DNA of 64,000 bases from Octopus sinensis (GCF_006345805.1 NC_043001.1:84444001-84508000); one strand, 5' to 3'; numbered from the stretch's first letter, positions 1 through 12,296 are shown. Notes: a model not told the origin generated them from the letters alone. Program-made: numbers and translations.

Positions 1-385
1 GTGTGAATGTATAGGTTAAAGGGATTGCTATATAAGTATGTTATAGTGTTTAGTAAAGGGAGGTTTTATCATTTATGTTTTGTGAGTTTTAGCTTATCAT
101 GGTAGTTTTATAAAAGAATCCATTCATAATTTTTGTGTTTATTTGTCTGTGTGGGGTTGAGTGGGTTTTTGGAGTATATGTTGAGGTTTATATGTATGTA
201 TAGGTATGTGTAAGTGGTGTGGGTATTTGTATATGTCGTGGGTGGTGTGTTTACGTGTGTGTATTTGTGTGTGAATGTTTAGGTTAGGGGGATTGCTATA
301 TAGGTATGTTATAGAGTTTAGTAAAGGGAGATTTTATCATTATATGTTTTTATGAGTTTTGGTTTATCATGGTAGGTTTGTTAAG
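1..385 (+). repeat. Degenerate direct repeat, ~270 bp offset
   Basis: 1-110 (GTGTGAATGTATAGGTTAAAGGGATTGCTATATAAGTATGTTATAG..) matches ~270-385 (GTGTGAATGTTTAGGTTAGGGGGATTGCTATATAGGTATGTTATAG..). Confidence 0.8.
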
Positions 386-988
386 GAATTCGTAGTAATT
401 TGTGTCTATTTGCGATGTCTGTTGTTTTATTGCATTGTTTCATTCATAATTTTTAAGTAGTGTTCGTTTTACCAAGTGAATATAATTTTTAATTCCATTT
501 ATTCCATTTCTCCGTTCATAATTTTAAGTGATGTCCGTTTTCTAGAGCGTGAATGTGGGTTGTTATGTGTGTGTGTGTGGGAGTATGAATAAGTATTGTG
601 TTGAAGTATTTAGCTATTTTATTTATTTATAGTTGCCTAGACGTTTTTATGTGTATGTATAGGGATATATATATATAGGTGTGTGATTTAGTGTATTAGT
701 TAGATATGGTTATATATAATTAGGTATATGTGTATGGGTGTATATATAGTTTATTATTATATTATTATTATTTTTTTGTTTTGTTTTATATTTTATATTT
801 TATATTTTATATTTTATATTTATTGTTGATAGGTTTATTTTAGTTTATATATTGTTTATATATTGATTATATATGGATTATATATAGGTTATATATGGAT
901 TATATATTTATATTTTTTCATTCATACTTTAATTATTTTAAAATTATTATTTTTATATTTTAAAATATTGATATTTTAGATTGGAAGT

Positions 989-1030
989 CCACCTGAAGAT
1001 TGTCGATCAGACAAGAAACAATTGTAGTGG
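989..1030 (+). ncRNA. Minimal type I hammerhead ribozyme, intact core
   Basis: CCAC-CTGAAGA-TTGTC(GATCA)GACAA-GAAAC-AATT-GTA-GTGG: 4-bp stem I, 5-bp stem II, palindromic AATT loop on stem III. Predicted cleavage after A1026. Confidence 0.85.
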
Positions 1031-1206
1031 CGGTTTTTTTGACTATTTATTAAAATTTTATGTATTGATTAAGTCTTTCCTTGTTTGTTTTGCAAAATAG
1101 TGGTTTTGTCTCTAATAATATTTTATAATATTTTACTATAAAATTGGATTTAATCCTAAATCTGATTTTTTTCCCTGTAAATTTGGATTTATTCCCTAAT
1201 ATTTAT

Positions 1207-1242
<36 letters not shown>

Positions 1243-1248
<6 letters not shown>

Positions 1249-1560
1249 AAGTTAACTTCTCGAGTCAAACCGACTTATAAGGGCTGGTTTCTCGGTTTCA
1301 TGAGATATATATTCCTCTCTCCGCCTGGATGGGACACCGGTCTGTCGTAGGATTACTCATGTGAAATGAAATGTTTTGCTCAAGATCCAGGAATCGAAAC
1401 CATAATTTTACGATCATGAGTTCAACGTTCTAACCACTAAGCCATGCGCCGTCGCATGAAATAAAGTGTTTTGCTCAAGAACTCAATGCACTGCTTGGTT
1501 CTGGAATTGAAACCACGATCTTGTAATCGTGAATGCAACACTAACAATGAGCCACACGCC
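1243..1560 (-). mobile_element. Two adjacent tRNA-headed SINE copies (family 1)
   Basis: Reverse complement of the GGCGCATGGCTTAGTGGTTAG..GGTTTCGATTCC head at ~1390-1450, and a second decayed head ending ~1560. Confidence 0.75.
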
Positions 1561-1946
1561 TTCACTGACCTTATGGATACAGATATTCTTGTTTTGTTTT
1601 TCGTTTATAATTAAAAGATCCTGTCCTATTTTAGTATCCAGCATGCTACAGTCGTTCACATTCGGGAATATGACAACTGATGATTATAACAGATTAACAC
1701 AATTGAAAAGTATAAATGTCAACGGTATATAAAACTTCAACTGTAAGCATGGGGTTGAAAGTCAGAAAAATTAAACCGTTCGTTTTATAAACTTAAATAA
1801 AAAGAGTATATGATAGAAACGAAAATGACCCCTTATGAGAAATATGTGAGAATGATAAAGGGCGATAACAAACAAAATCTCTGTAGGTAAGCAGCACGTG
1901 TATATGTTTATATTTTTCAGCATGTGTATGTACTATAAATTCATAG

Positions 1947-1984
<38 letters not shown>

Positions 1985-2231
1985 TTGGTGCGTGTATTTG
2001 TTTATCTTTTATTTTTATTACATTCGATAATAATGGAAGGTAAATGTAATAGAAGAGAAGTATACCTCGGTTCAGACATATTTCTATCTCAAAACATGAG
2101 GATCATGATGAAAGATAATAACAACAAAAACAACAGCAATTTACGCGGGAGCAGAGGAAAGAATCAATAATAATAACAACGATGATGATGATGATGATGA
2201 TGATATGATAATAATAATAATAATAATAATG

Positions 2232-2470
2232 TTCTTCTGTCGCCCTTTTCAAGCCTGGCAAGGCTCATGGGCCTTGTTTCCCGATTTCTGTGGCGTATTT
2301 GTACCCCCCAGCTGTACGGGACGCCAGTCCATCGCAACGTTAATCAAGAAACAGGAAGAGAGAGTGAGAGAAAGTTGTGGCGAAAGAGTACACAACGCCC
2401 AGTCTGGGAATCGAAACCGCGATCCTCCGACCGCGAGTTCGCAGCCCTAACCACTGGGCCATTGCACCTC
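2232..2470 (-). mobile_element. tRNA(Arg)-like-headed SINE (family 1, OR-type by inference)
   Basis: Minus strand reads GAGGTGCAATGGCCCAGTGGTTAGGGCTGCGAACTCGCGGTCGGAGGATCGCGGTTTCGATTCCCAGAC, with A and B boxes. Same head as 11533. Confidence 0.85.
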
Positions 2471-2471
2471 C

Positions 2472-2502
<31 letters not shown>

Positions 2503-2527
2503 TAATAATAATGATAATAATAATAAT

Positions 2528-2561
<34 letters not shown>

Positions 2562-2584
2562 TGATGATGATGATGATAACAACC

Positions 2585-2820
2585 CTTTCCATTATAGGCA
2601 CAAAGCCTGAAATTTGGTGGGAGAGGGCCAGTCAATTAGATCGAGTCCAGTACACAACTGATACAAATTTTACTGACACCGAAAGGATGAAAGGACCTAG
2701 GCGGAATTTGAACTCTGAGCGTGGTGACGGGTGAAATATAACTATTTTGCCCGGCGTGTTATCGATTGTGCCAGGACGTCGCCTTAAAAATATAATCAAA
2801 TATAATAATAATTGATGATG

Positions 2821-2864
<44 letters not shown>

Positions 2865-3068
2865 CCTTTCTATTATAGGCACAAGGCCTGAAGTTTTAAG
2901 GGAGTGGACGAATCGATTACATCGACCCAGAATTTCACTAGTACTCAATTTATCGACCCTTGAAAGGATGTAAGGCAAAGTCGACTCGGGGGAATTTGAA
3001 CTCAGAACGTAGCGACGGGCAAAATACGGCTTAGCATCCCGTCCAGCGTGCTAACGGTTCTGCCAGCT
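2585..3068 (-). mobile_element. Two family-3 SINE copies with (ATT)n tails
   Basis: AGTTCAAATTCC..GAGTCGACTTTGCCTT.CATCCTTTC..GGGTCGATAAA core on the minus strand at ~2585-2785 and ~2862-3068, each abutting a TAA/ATT tract. Confidence 0.8.
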
Positions 3069-3077
3069 TAAAAAAAT

Positions 3078-3111
<34 letters not shown>

Positions 3112-3494
3112 ATAATAATAATAATAATAATGATGATGATGATGATAAGATAATAGCAATAACCTTAATATTAAAGACGATGATGATGACGTGGGGGATG
3201 ATGACGCTGTAGAGGTGGTGGTGTCGATGATGATGGTGATGATGAATTGATGAAAGTGACGACAGTGATAGTGATGGTGATGGTGATGATAATGATGACG
3301 ACGATGATGATTATGGGGTGGTGGCGATAATGATGATGAGGATGATAATGATGACGATGATGAAGATGATGGGCTGGTGGTGGTGGTGGTGGTGATGGTG
3401 ATAATGGTGAAGATGATGATGATGATGATAGTGATGACAGCAATAACAACAATAGCAATGATTACAGAAAGAAAAATATTCATCGTGATGTTAC

Positions 3495-3654
3495 CGTTTT
3501 CTCGCACTGATCCTGTAAGATCGGCCTCGGCCTTGTCGATATGTGGTTCTGTATGTAACCCCGGATGACGCCGGTAGTAGTTCGATCGAGGATAAGCATG
3601 GTTTGATCGCGCATGTGAACTCCTTGAATTCCCCATCCTACTTTGTAAAAACCT
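3495..3654 (-). CDS. Candidate alternative N-terminal coding exon A (ATG at 3636: MGNSRSSHARSNHAYPRSNYYRRHPGLHTEPHIDKAEADLTGSVREN)
   Basis: Acceptor ctttccatcag|AG, donor G|GTAACA (phase 1), ATG context AGGATGG. Paralogous to 14390-14555 with 12/22 identical residues in the RSS..SNYY..HPG block, four of them via synonymous third-position changes. Confidence 0.7.
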
Positions 3655-3923
3655 CTGATGGAAAGTGAGTAAGCAGAATGCTGCGATGTGAATTTGTCAG
3701 AGTAAGTGTGTGTGTGTGTGTTTGTATATATAAGTATGGTTTGAAAGAATGTCACTTACTCTATCTGTGCGTATGTGTGTTGAGAAATGATGCTGGTATT
3801 GGCGAACAGGTATGTCTCTGTTATGCTGTAAAAGACTATGCGTGCACAACCGCACGCACACGCAGGCGCGGGTGTGATGTATGTTTGTGTGACCGTATGC
3901 GTGTGTATGTGAATGTGTATGTA

Positions 3924-3961
<38 letters not shown>

Positions 3962-4344
3962 AATGTGCTTTGAATGTGTGTATGTGTCTATTGTATATTA
4001 TTCTATAATAGTGATGGCTGGTCGCATAGGTTCCTCTCAGAGTGCGTGCCTACGTGCGTATTTACTTGCCGCTGTCAGTGTTGGTATTCATGTATATAGT
4101 ATCACAGTATGCATGTGCATGAGTGCGTATGTGTGTGCGCGCACGTATGGATGTGTGTGCGCGCATATGTTTGTGTGTGTGTGTGTGTGTATGTGTGTGT
4201 TGGTGTCAGCATGTTAAGTTTGCAAGTTTCTGTTTTTGAGTTGTTCATGATGCTCGTGATGTTGTTAATACTGTATATATAATTATATAAACATAATATT
4301 ATATATAATTATACATACATGATATATAATTTCATTGTCGTTAC

Positions 4345-4550
4345 TGTTATTGTAGTTGCTATGCAGCTATTGTTGTTTTTGTTGTTGTTGTTGGGTGGAT
4401 TTCAATTACTTTTTACAGACACACACACAGAGTGAAGTAGAAAGAGAGAGAGAGAGGGTGAGAGAGACATGTGGTGCAATAAAATTTGGCATCAAACGGA
4501 TTTCATCTCCTGCCGTACACATCGCAGAACGTGAAGGAATTTAAAGTGCT
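4345..4550 (-). promoter_or_regulatory. Conserved upstream block / putative non-coding first exon of cassette A
   Basis: Homologous to 14888-15085 (GCAATAAAATTTGGCATCAAACGGAT vs GCAATGAATCTTGGCACCAATCGGAT; TGCAGCT(GTT)n). A donor-like GTAA at 4344 aligns with the one at 14887. Confidence 0.45.
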
Positions 4551-4962
4551 TACTAATATATGTATAAACGCAAACACATATATGCATAATTACACACATA
4601 TGCACATATACAGATAGGTACATATACAGATAGGTATATATATATATCATATATATATTATATATAATATATATAGTATATATATATATATATGTACACA
4701 CACATGCACAAATACACACACACATGCATACATGTATATGTGTATATATACAGATGCACCGATATATATATATATACATACACAGACAAAACATATTCAG
4801 AATGTGTGTGTATAAATCTGCATACAGGTGCGTGTGAGAAAGAAAGAGTGAAAGAGGAATCACTGACAGACAGACAGTCAGTCAGTCATACAGAGACAGA
4901 AAAAATGGTTTATTATGTTAATATAAACTCATGTGCCTATATCAATATATATATAATATATA

Positions 4963-5023
<61 letters not shown>

Positions 5024-5242
5024 ATATAATATATGATATACAGCACGGATTTTTGTCAGTGAACAGGTCGCGGATTTTAGCGACGAAAATATTTTGACAA
5101 ATTAAACTTAAATGTGAAGTGAATCGAACGGCTTTTGTGTGTTCTTAAATGGATTATAAACACCTCCACGCTGCAATTGTTTTCGTTTCAGCACACGATC
5201 TCAGATCAAATTACTTGCTATGCGAGTACATCTCCGTAATAT

Positions 5243-5276
<34 letters not shown>

Positions 5277-6245
5277 CAGGTATACCTCATCATACGTCGT
5301 TAATTGGTTCCAGGAGACACGACTTAAATCGAGAAACGACGTAACGATAATAAGCATTCTTAGTTCTGTACTTAATTTTCAATAATACATTGTTAATAAA
5401 AACCTATTTTAAGCTTACAAACAAATGATTTTTCATATTTTAATACAGTACAGTAAAAAAAAAAAGTAATCTAAATTTACGGATACAATTTGGCGGTATT
5501 TTACCGTACATCACGGACGCTTTATTTATAAATGCAGTTTGCAAGAAGACATGATAAAATAAAAGCCTTTTTTAAGCTTAAAAAACAAATTCAGTAATTA
5601 TTATTATTTTACAATAGTAAAAAAAAAAACTAAATTATAAAAAATTTACCAATGCGTACATACAATTTGGTGGCTTACATTGCGGATGTAGATGACTGTG
5701 GATCGTCAACATCAACAGCTGACTCTGGCTGTTCTTGTTGTACGATGCGCTTAAAAAATCGGCTGAGAGTTCCTTGAACTGCCTTCTTTTCCTCAAGGAT
5801 TACACTATTAGGAGCAAAAGCTTCGTGACAAGCCACCATATCCTAGAACCTAAAAAAAACTTTTTCGATACATGCAAATGCTTCCTGGCTCAGGTTCAAC
5901 TTCCTCCTCTTTATTTTGCTGCTCGTGAAGCTCCATCAAATCCTCGTTCGTCAGGAGCTGCTTGTCTTTTTCCAATAAATCTGTGAAATCCTCCTCCTCC
6001 AATTCCATTTCCAGTTCTTTGCTCGTAGTCACCAACGTTTTGATGATGGCAACACTTTCAAATCCCTTAAAATCATTCACGAATTGCTTACATAGCTTCT
6101 TCCATACACCATTAATAGGTGTGCTCTATACATCATTCTGTGCCGCTGCTATGTTCTGTATACCTTGTAGATATCTTATCTCTTCCAAAAGTCACGAAGT
6201 GTGATGGACTCTTTAAGATCAGTTGCAGCTATTGCTTGCCACAGC
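5277..6245 (-). mobile_element. Tigger/pogo DNA transposon, 3' part (pseudogenised transposase C-terminus)
   Basis: TA-CAGGTATACCTC terminus at 5277. Minus-strand QAIAATD..LRDFWK..NGVWKKLCKQFVNDFKGF..ELEMELEEEDFTDLL is typical of Tigger-type transposases. Confidence 0.85.
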
Positions 6246-7345
6246 GTACGCTTCATATGATGGAAGTCTGTCGGGTTCGACAATGACGTCAGTGACGCCG
6301 GAGTTGGGAGCGGAACTCCGGATGCGCAGACGCGGCCACATGTTGGGCAAGTAGCAGTAGAAGTAGGGTTGGGGATTCCCAGGCACGGGTTGAAATGCCG
6401 CAGGCCTCAAAGGAAGTTTTCAGACTATCTTTGTATCGCCTCAGTGGCCTTCCAGGGTTTCTTGCTCCAGAAGCCAGCTCAGAGAAGATCATATTTGGTA
6501 GACGCACGTCATCCATTCGGACTACATGTCCGACACACCGGGGCTGGGTCCTCATGATGAGGTCTTCGATCCCGGCTCTGAGAAGCACCTCAGTGTAAGA
6601 GACTCTGTCCTCCCAGGAAATTCCCATAATTCGTTGCAAGCAGCGGAGGTGGAACTGGTCAAGTTCTCGCATTTGCTTCCTATACAGCGTCCACGTCCCA
6701 CAGCCGTAGAGCAGAGAGGTGATGACGACTGCCATATAGACAACCAGCTTGGTGGAAAGTCTGATGCCTAGTTCGGCCCACACACGTGTCCACAGTCTGC
6801 CAAACGAAGCTCCTGCTTTTGCAAGCCTCATCTTTGTCCATGCTGCAATTTGAGGACAAACAGCTTCCCAGGTATGTAAAGCTCTCCACGTTGTTCAGAG
6901 TTGTGCCCTCAATCTCAATCTGAAGCTCAGGGGGTGTCAGGCCAGGTGCAGGCTGAAGCATCACTTCAGTTTTTCGCAGGCTAATAGTTAGTCCGAAGGC
7001 TTATGCTGCTTCTGCGAGACAGATAGCAAGTTCTTGCAGGTCTGGTTCATTCAATGCTGCAAGCGCACATTCGTCTGCAAAACAGGAAGTCTCTCACTAG
7101 GGCGTCCAAGGCTTTGGTTTTTGCCTTCAGGCGTCTGAGGTCAAAGAATCGGCCGTCACATCTGTAGCGAATAGTGACACCCGCATCAAACTTTGACAGA
7201 GTGCGGAAGAGCATGGTGACAAGCATGAGGCTGAAGAGTGTGGGAGCCATCACGCAGCCTTACTTCACGCCATTGGAGACCGGGAATGGATCAGAGACAT
7301 CTCCGTTTTCCACGATGCAAGCCATCATGCCATCAAACTAACAAT
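6246..7345 (-). mobile_element. RTE (BovB-like) LINE fragment, RT and post-RT region, pseudogenised
   Basis: GVK*GCVMAPTLFSLM..IRYRCDGRFFDLRRLKAKTK..FLFADECAL..KTEVM..VESFTYLGS..RLAKAGASFGRLW..YGCGTWTLY..FHLRCL, with frameshifts. Confidence 0.93.
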
Positions 7346-7760
7346 CCAAAGAGAAAGAAGACTTTCCATTTGTTCAAAGATTTTGCCTCTTTTCTTATCC
7401 ATGACAATGTCATTCATCCCCCCCCCCCCAGGTTTCAGATTTGATATATGCTAAAATCTTGTCCTTATTATGTACAATCATCGATAAACTTGTCCGACTC
7501 ATTCCAAAAGATCGTGCAACTGCTACCACTTTTCACCTTTTTCATGGCGTTTTATCGTAGCCAGTTTATATTCCGGCATTATAGCATGGCGCTTAGCATT
7601 TTCACTGTGAATTTTCTTAGGAGCCATGGGAGCAAAAAAGAAAGTCATAAATGAATGAGAATGAGAAAGTAGCCGATAAACAGACGTAAGCAAATCTGAA
7701 TTCAAAACAATCGCGGGAATCACGAGTGACAATGATACCTAACAGTAGATATTGGAACTG
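7346..7760 (-). mobile_element. Tigger/pogo transposon, 5' part (N-terminal HTH relic)
   Basis: MAPKKIHSENAKRHAIMPEYKLATIKRHEKGEK..KKRGKIFEQMESLLSLWI. Same orientation as 5277-6245. Confidence 0.8.
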
Positions 7761-8008
7761 CAGTGCAATAAGAGCTCCAAAAGACCGATAAATAAGACAA
7801 CACAGGTAATTTTATGATTTCGTATACTAAGCTACACTACTTTATGGTGTGTATCTTAACATTTACTGTACGTGTTTTAATATGATTTTAATGATTTTGA
7901 TATGTGTGTATATATATATTATATATATATAATATACACACATATAAATACATGTATATATATACAATAGATATTACATACGTATACATAAATACATATA
8001 TATATAAT

Positions 8009-8045
<37 letters not shown>

Positions 8046-8078
8046 TTATACACATACATATATTCACATACACATACG

Positions 8079-8118
<40 letters not shown>

Positions 8119-8277
8119 GAATGGTGAAACTATTTTTTCGTTTTCTGAAAAAGCAACGTTTTGGACTTACGAGAGACTTTTTGCATAATACACACACACG
8201 CGCGCACGCGCACACGCACACATATACGTACGCATATGTATACACATATATATACACACGCATATATATACATAAAT

Positions 8278-8560
8278 TCTTTTATTCATTTACTGATTCT
8301 GTCATTTGACTGTGGCCATGTTAGATCACCGCTTTTTTAGTCGAAGAAATTGACCCCTGCACTCATTGTTTGTAAGCCTGGTGCTTATTCTATCGGGTTT
8401 TTTTTTAATGTCAAACTGCTAATTTACAGGGATGTAAACACACCGGCATCGGTTGTCAAGCGATAGTGGTGGTGGTGGTGGGGGGGGCAACACAGTCACA
8501 ACCACACATAGATGTATACATATATTCGATGCGTTTCTTTCAGTTTTCGTCCAACAAATC
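8278..8560 (-). mobile_element. Family-2 SINE, 3' half
   Basis: TTTTATTCATTTACTGATTCTGTCATTTGACTGTGGCCATG..ACACCGGCATCGGTTGTCAAGCGAT..TTTCTTTCAGTTTTCGTC matches the family consensus seen at 35062-35433. Confidence 0.8.
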
Positions 8561-8577
8561 CACTGGCAAGACTCTGG

Positions 8578-8621
<44 letters not shown>

Positions 8622-8946
8622 GCATGTATGTGTATATAACAGTGGATACTCTGCAATACCTCTCTCCATCTCCGCGTGTTTGTGTGTGTGTGCCCGCGCG
8701 CGGGCATGCGCCTGCTTTCCTCTCTACATGTATACATATATTTACACACTCGCATACATATCTGTGCGTTTGTGTTTGTTGTATATGTTTGTACTTGTGC
8801 GCACGTGTTCAGGGGTGTATATTTGCTTACTTACCCATACAACAGTGCATATCCCTGCAGACACGAGCACGCACGCGCAATTCAAACACACACACACACA
8901 ACCAAGCATGCGCGCATGCATACACACACACACGCACACACACACA

Positions 8947-8990
<44 letters not shown>

Positions 8991-8991
8991 G

Positions 8992-9025
<34 letters not shown>

Positions 9026-9029
9026 GCGC

Positions 9030-9549
9030 TTCTCACTATAATTATCACAACAAACCTGCTGGCACTAACACCCCTTACACCTCCATTTACTTCAGCTTCA
9101 CCCGTCGCCACCTCAGTATACATCTCTCCCACCTCCACCACTATCACTCCTACCACCACCACCACCACCACCACCACAACCACCACCACCACTACCATCA
9201 CCACCACTACTACCACCACCACCACCACCACCACCATCACCACTATCACCACCACCACCACCCCACACCACCACCACCAACATCACCACCACCACCACAA
9301 TCCCATTAAAATCGTCACAAACGCACCATCACCACAATCTCCACCACCACCACCATCACCACCACTACTACCACCACCACCACCACCACCACCACCACCA
9401 TCACCTATCACCACCACCACACCACCACCACCACCACCACATCACCACCACCACCACAATCCCATTAAAATCGTCACAAACGCACCATCACCACAATCTC
9501 CACCACCACCACCATCACCACCACTACTACCACCACCACCTCCACCACC

Positions 9550-9581
<32 letters not shown>

Positions 9582-10270
9582 CACTGTCACTGTGACATAC
9601 TCTCATTCTACCCGTATTTCTCACCTTCTCAACAAGCTACATGGGATTTGAAAATGAGAATACATGGTAAGTGCGTTCGCTGACAGGGCAATAGTCGATA
9701 GCGTCACTCTTAGAAAACTGCTGTTGTTGTTGTTGTTGTTGCTGTGGATGGTGGTAGTAGTGATGGTAATAGTTGTGGTGGTGGTGGTGGTGGTGGTGGT
9801 GGTGGTGGCGGCCGTCGTCGTCATCGTTGTGGTAGAGTTGGTGGTGGTAGTGATGGCGATGGTTGTAATTAATATTCATAGTATTTTAAGTAGTCGTGTT
9901 AATTGTCAATGTGGTGTTGATAGAGACGGCGATGTTGATGACGGTGGTGATGGAGATGTTGATTGCGGTGGTGCTGGGGGTGGTGGTGGTGGTGGTGGTG
10001 GTGGTGGAGTTGATAGTTGTGGTGGTGGAAGTGTCGATGGTGGTGTTGTTGGTTGATGATGTTCTAATTGATGTTGGACGTGCTTGTGATGGCGATGTTG
10101 ATGTCGGTGGTGTTGACGGTGGTGTTCGTGGTGGTGGTGATGGTTATGACTGTGGTGGTGGAGTTGATATTGGTAGTGATGGTGATGATGGTGGTGAAGG
10201 CGATGGCGGTTGTAACATCAGTGATGGTGGGGTGGTATTAATGATTGCAGTGATTGTTGTTGTTGGACTT
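9030..10270. repeat. (CAC)n tract, spacer, (GGT/GTG)n tract; internal 159-bp tandem duplication
   Basis: CAC tract ~9125-9585, with AATCCCATTAAAATCGTCACAAACGCACC repeated at ~9299 and ~9458. GGT tract ~9720-10270. Confidence 0.85.
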
Positions 10271-10284
10271 ATTCTTTGTAAGTC

Positions 10285-10578
10285 TAGTAATTATTCTATC
10301 GGTCTCTTTTGCCGAACCGCTAAGTTACGGGCACCTAAACACACCACCATCGGCTGTCAAGCGATGTTGAGGGGGAAAAACACAGACACACAAACACACA
10401 CACACACACATATAGGACAGACTTCTTTCAGTTTCCGTTTACCAAATCCACTCACAAGGCTTTAGTCGGTCCGAGGCTATAGTAGAAGACACTTGCCCAA
10501 GGTGCCACGCAGTGGGACTGAACCCGGAACCATGTGGTTCGTAAGCAAGCTACCTACCACGCAGCCTCTCCTACGCCT
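10285..10578 (-). mobile_element. Family-2 SINE, near full length
   Basis: Head GTGGTAGGTAGCTTGCTTACGAACCACATGGTTCCGGGTTCAGTCCCACTGCGTGGCACCTTGGGCAAGTGTC on the minus strand. Confidence 0.9.
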
Positions 10579-11532
10579 ATTTGGGTATTTTAGCCAATCA
10601 GAAGCGAGTATTTTACGCATCACTGTGGCGATAACACAGTTTCCATAGTAACCAAAGATGCTACGCATGCGCACAGGGTGTGTTATCACCAAATTGAGTG
10701 TTATCAACAAATTCAGAGTACATTGGCATCATTAAAGCGTGGATGCAAACGCTGGTGTGGGGCACATGGTTGATTCCTTGTGAATTTATGTGGAGAAGGA
10801 GATTTAAGAAATACAATATATTTTATAAAATTCTAGAGTGTATTGCAAACTTTCGTTTTTGAATTTTTTGGCTTACAAAGGTCTGTTTTAAGCAATGTTT
10901 TGACTGTTATTTCTAGCAACTCTAGAATGTTCTGAGTTCAAATGCTGACGTGAGTAACTTAATTTTTCAGTCTTCAGTCAATTTAAGTAAGGGTCGTTTA
11001 GACGAAGCTATCAAGCCTCAAAATGTCTAGATTTCTTCTAATACTAAGTATCTATAATGTTCTTCAGTCGTAGAAAGGGTAGTGCAAGGAAATAAAAAAA
11101 TGATATCCGTTTTTAAGTTAGGTCCCTTTAGGCTTCAAGTTCAAATCCTCCAAGATCTACCTCATTTTCCATGCTTTCGGAAGAACTTGATCGATTTTAC
11201 CCCTACTCTCACCACCCACATGCGTGACTATTGTTCTTGTGTTAATAGTCGATAATTACATCGATGACATACATTAGAATCTTTCAAATATCCTTTGTTC
11301 CCAGTGTTATGCTCCTGAATGTATGTATACATAGTACCAGGCTGGATGGGAAATAAATAGAATAACGGGTGTACCCACTAGGCTGATGTGCTCTTGTATC
11401 TTAATGTTAGAGCGTGTTTAGATGCAGCAGTAGCCCACTGAATTTGAGCATTATTATAATTACTTCAGAATTAAAAGATTCTACCTCAATATGAATCCAG
11501 ATAGGTTATGTATGTATACATACAACATAGAA

Positions 11533-11826
11533 GAGGCGCAATGGCCCAGTGGTTAGGGCAGCGGACTCGCGGTCGTAGGATCGCGGTTTCGATTCCCAGA
11601 CCGGGCGTTGTGAGTGTTTATTGAGCGAAAACACCTAAAAAGCTCCACGAGGCTCCGGTAGGGGTGGGGATCCCTGCTGTACTCTTTCACCACTCTTTCT
11701 CTCTTTCTTCTGTTGGCCTGCTCGCTTAGCCAGCGGGGTGGCATCATTCGAAGGCTAAAACAATGCGAACGCATTGTGACCAGCGATGTGTAGCAACATC
11801 TGATGGTCTGGTCGGTCACGTGATCA
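11533..11826 (+). mobile_element. tRNA(Arg)-like-headed SINE (family 1)
   Basis: GAGGCGCAATGGCCCAGTGGTTAGGGCAGCGGACTCGCGGTCGTAGGATCGCGGTTTCGATTCCCAGACC followed by a non-tRNA body. Confidence 0.9.
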
Positions 11827-12245
11827 CATACAACATACAACAAGCGCCTCCGTAACTTAGCGGTTCGGCTGAAGGACCGATAGATTAAGTACTAGGCTTA
11901 CAAAGTATAAGTCCTGGGGTCGTTTTATTCGACTAAAGGCGGTGCTCCATCATGGCCACAGTCATATGACTGGGACAATTAAAAGAATAGAAGAACATAT
12001 ATATATATATATTTATATATATATGAGACCAAAGTGTACATACGCCGCTATATTTTATATATAAATATTACAAAAATGGGACAAGACCGCAAAACATACA
12101 GACAGGTGAAACAAAAAAAGAAAAAGGAAAATAAAATATCCAAACAGACGATACAAGGAAACCAAGGACGGATCATTCGGAGTTTTCTCTCCTCAGTTGA
12201 GTTCCAGATTTTCTTTGCAATTTCGGCTGTTTATACTCGAGATTG

Positions 12246-12292
<47 letters not shown>

Positions 12293-12296
<4 letters not shown>

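Larger units (their letters stand above)
1..1210. mobile_element. Penelope-like element (PLE) relic with terminal HHR-bearing repeat
   Basis: The + strand is strongly C-poor and G/T-rich, with a stop-riddled protein-like relic on the minus strand (..KWNKWN..CNKTTDIANRHKLLRI..YHDK..). HHR at 989-1030. The tail GTGGTTTTGTCTCTAAT..TATAAAATTGGATTTAATCCTAAATCTG recurs at ~54230-54345. Confidence 0.6.

Noticed and set aside
1668-1722. CTGATGA..GAAA spacing resembling an HHR (also ~38860-38895)
   Set aside because: Stem II does not pair and the NUH/stem I register fails.
11533-11605. tRNA-like sequences (also 2400-2470, 24285-24350, 30290-30364)
   Set aside because: They are SINE heads: no complete cloverleaf, and each continues into a shared non-tRNA body.
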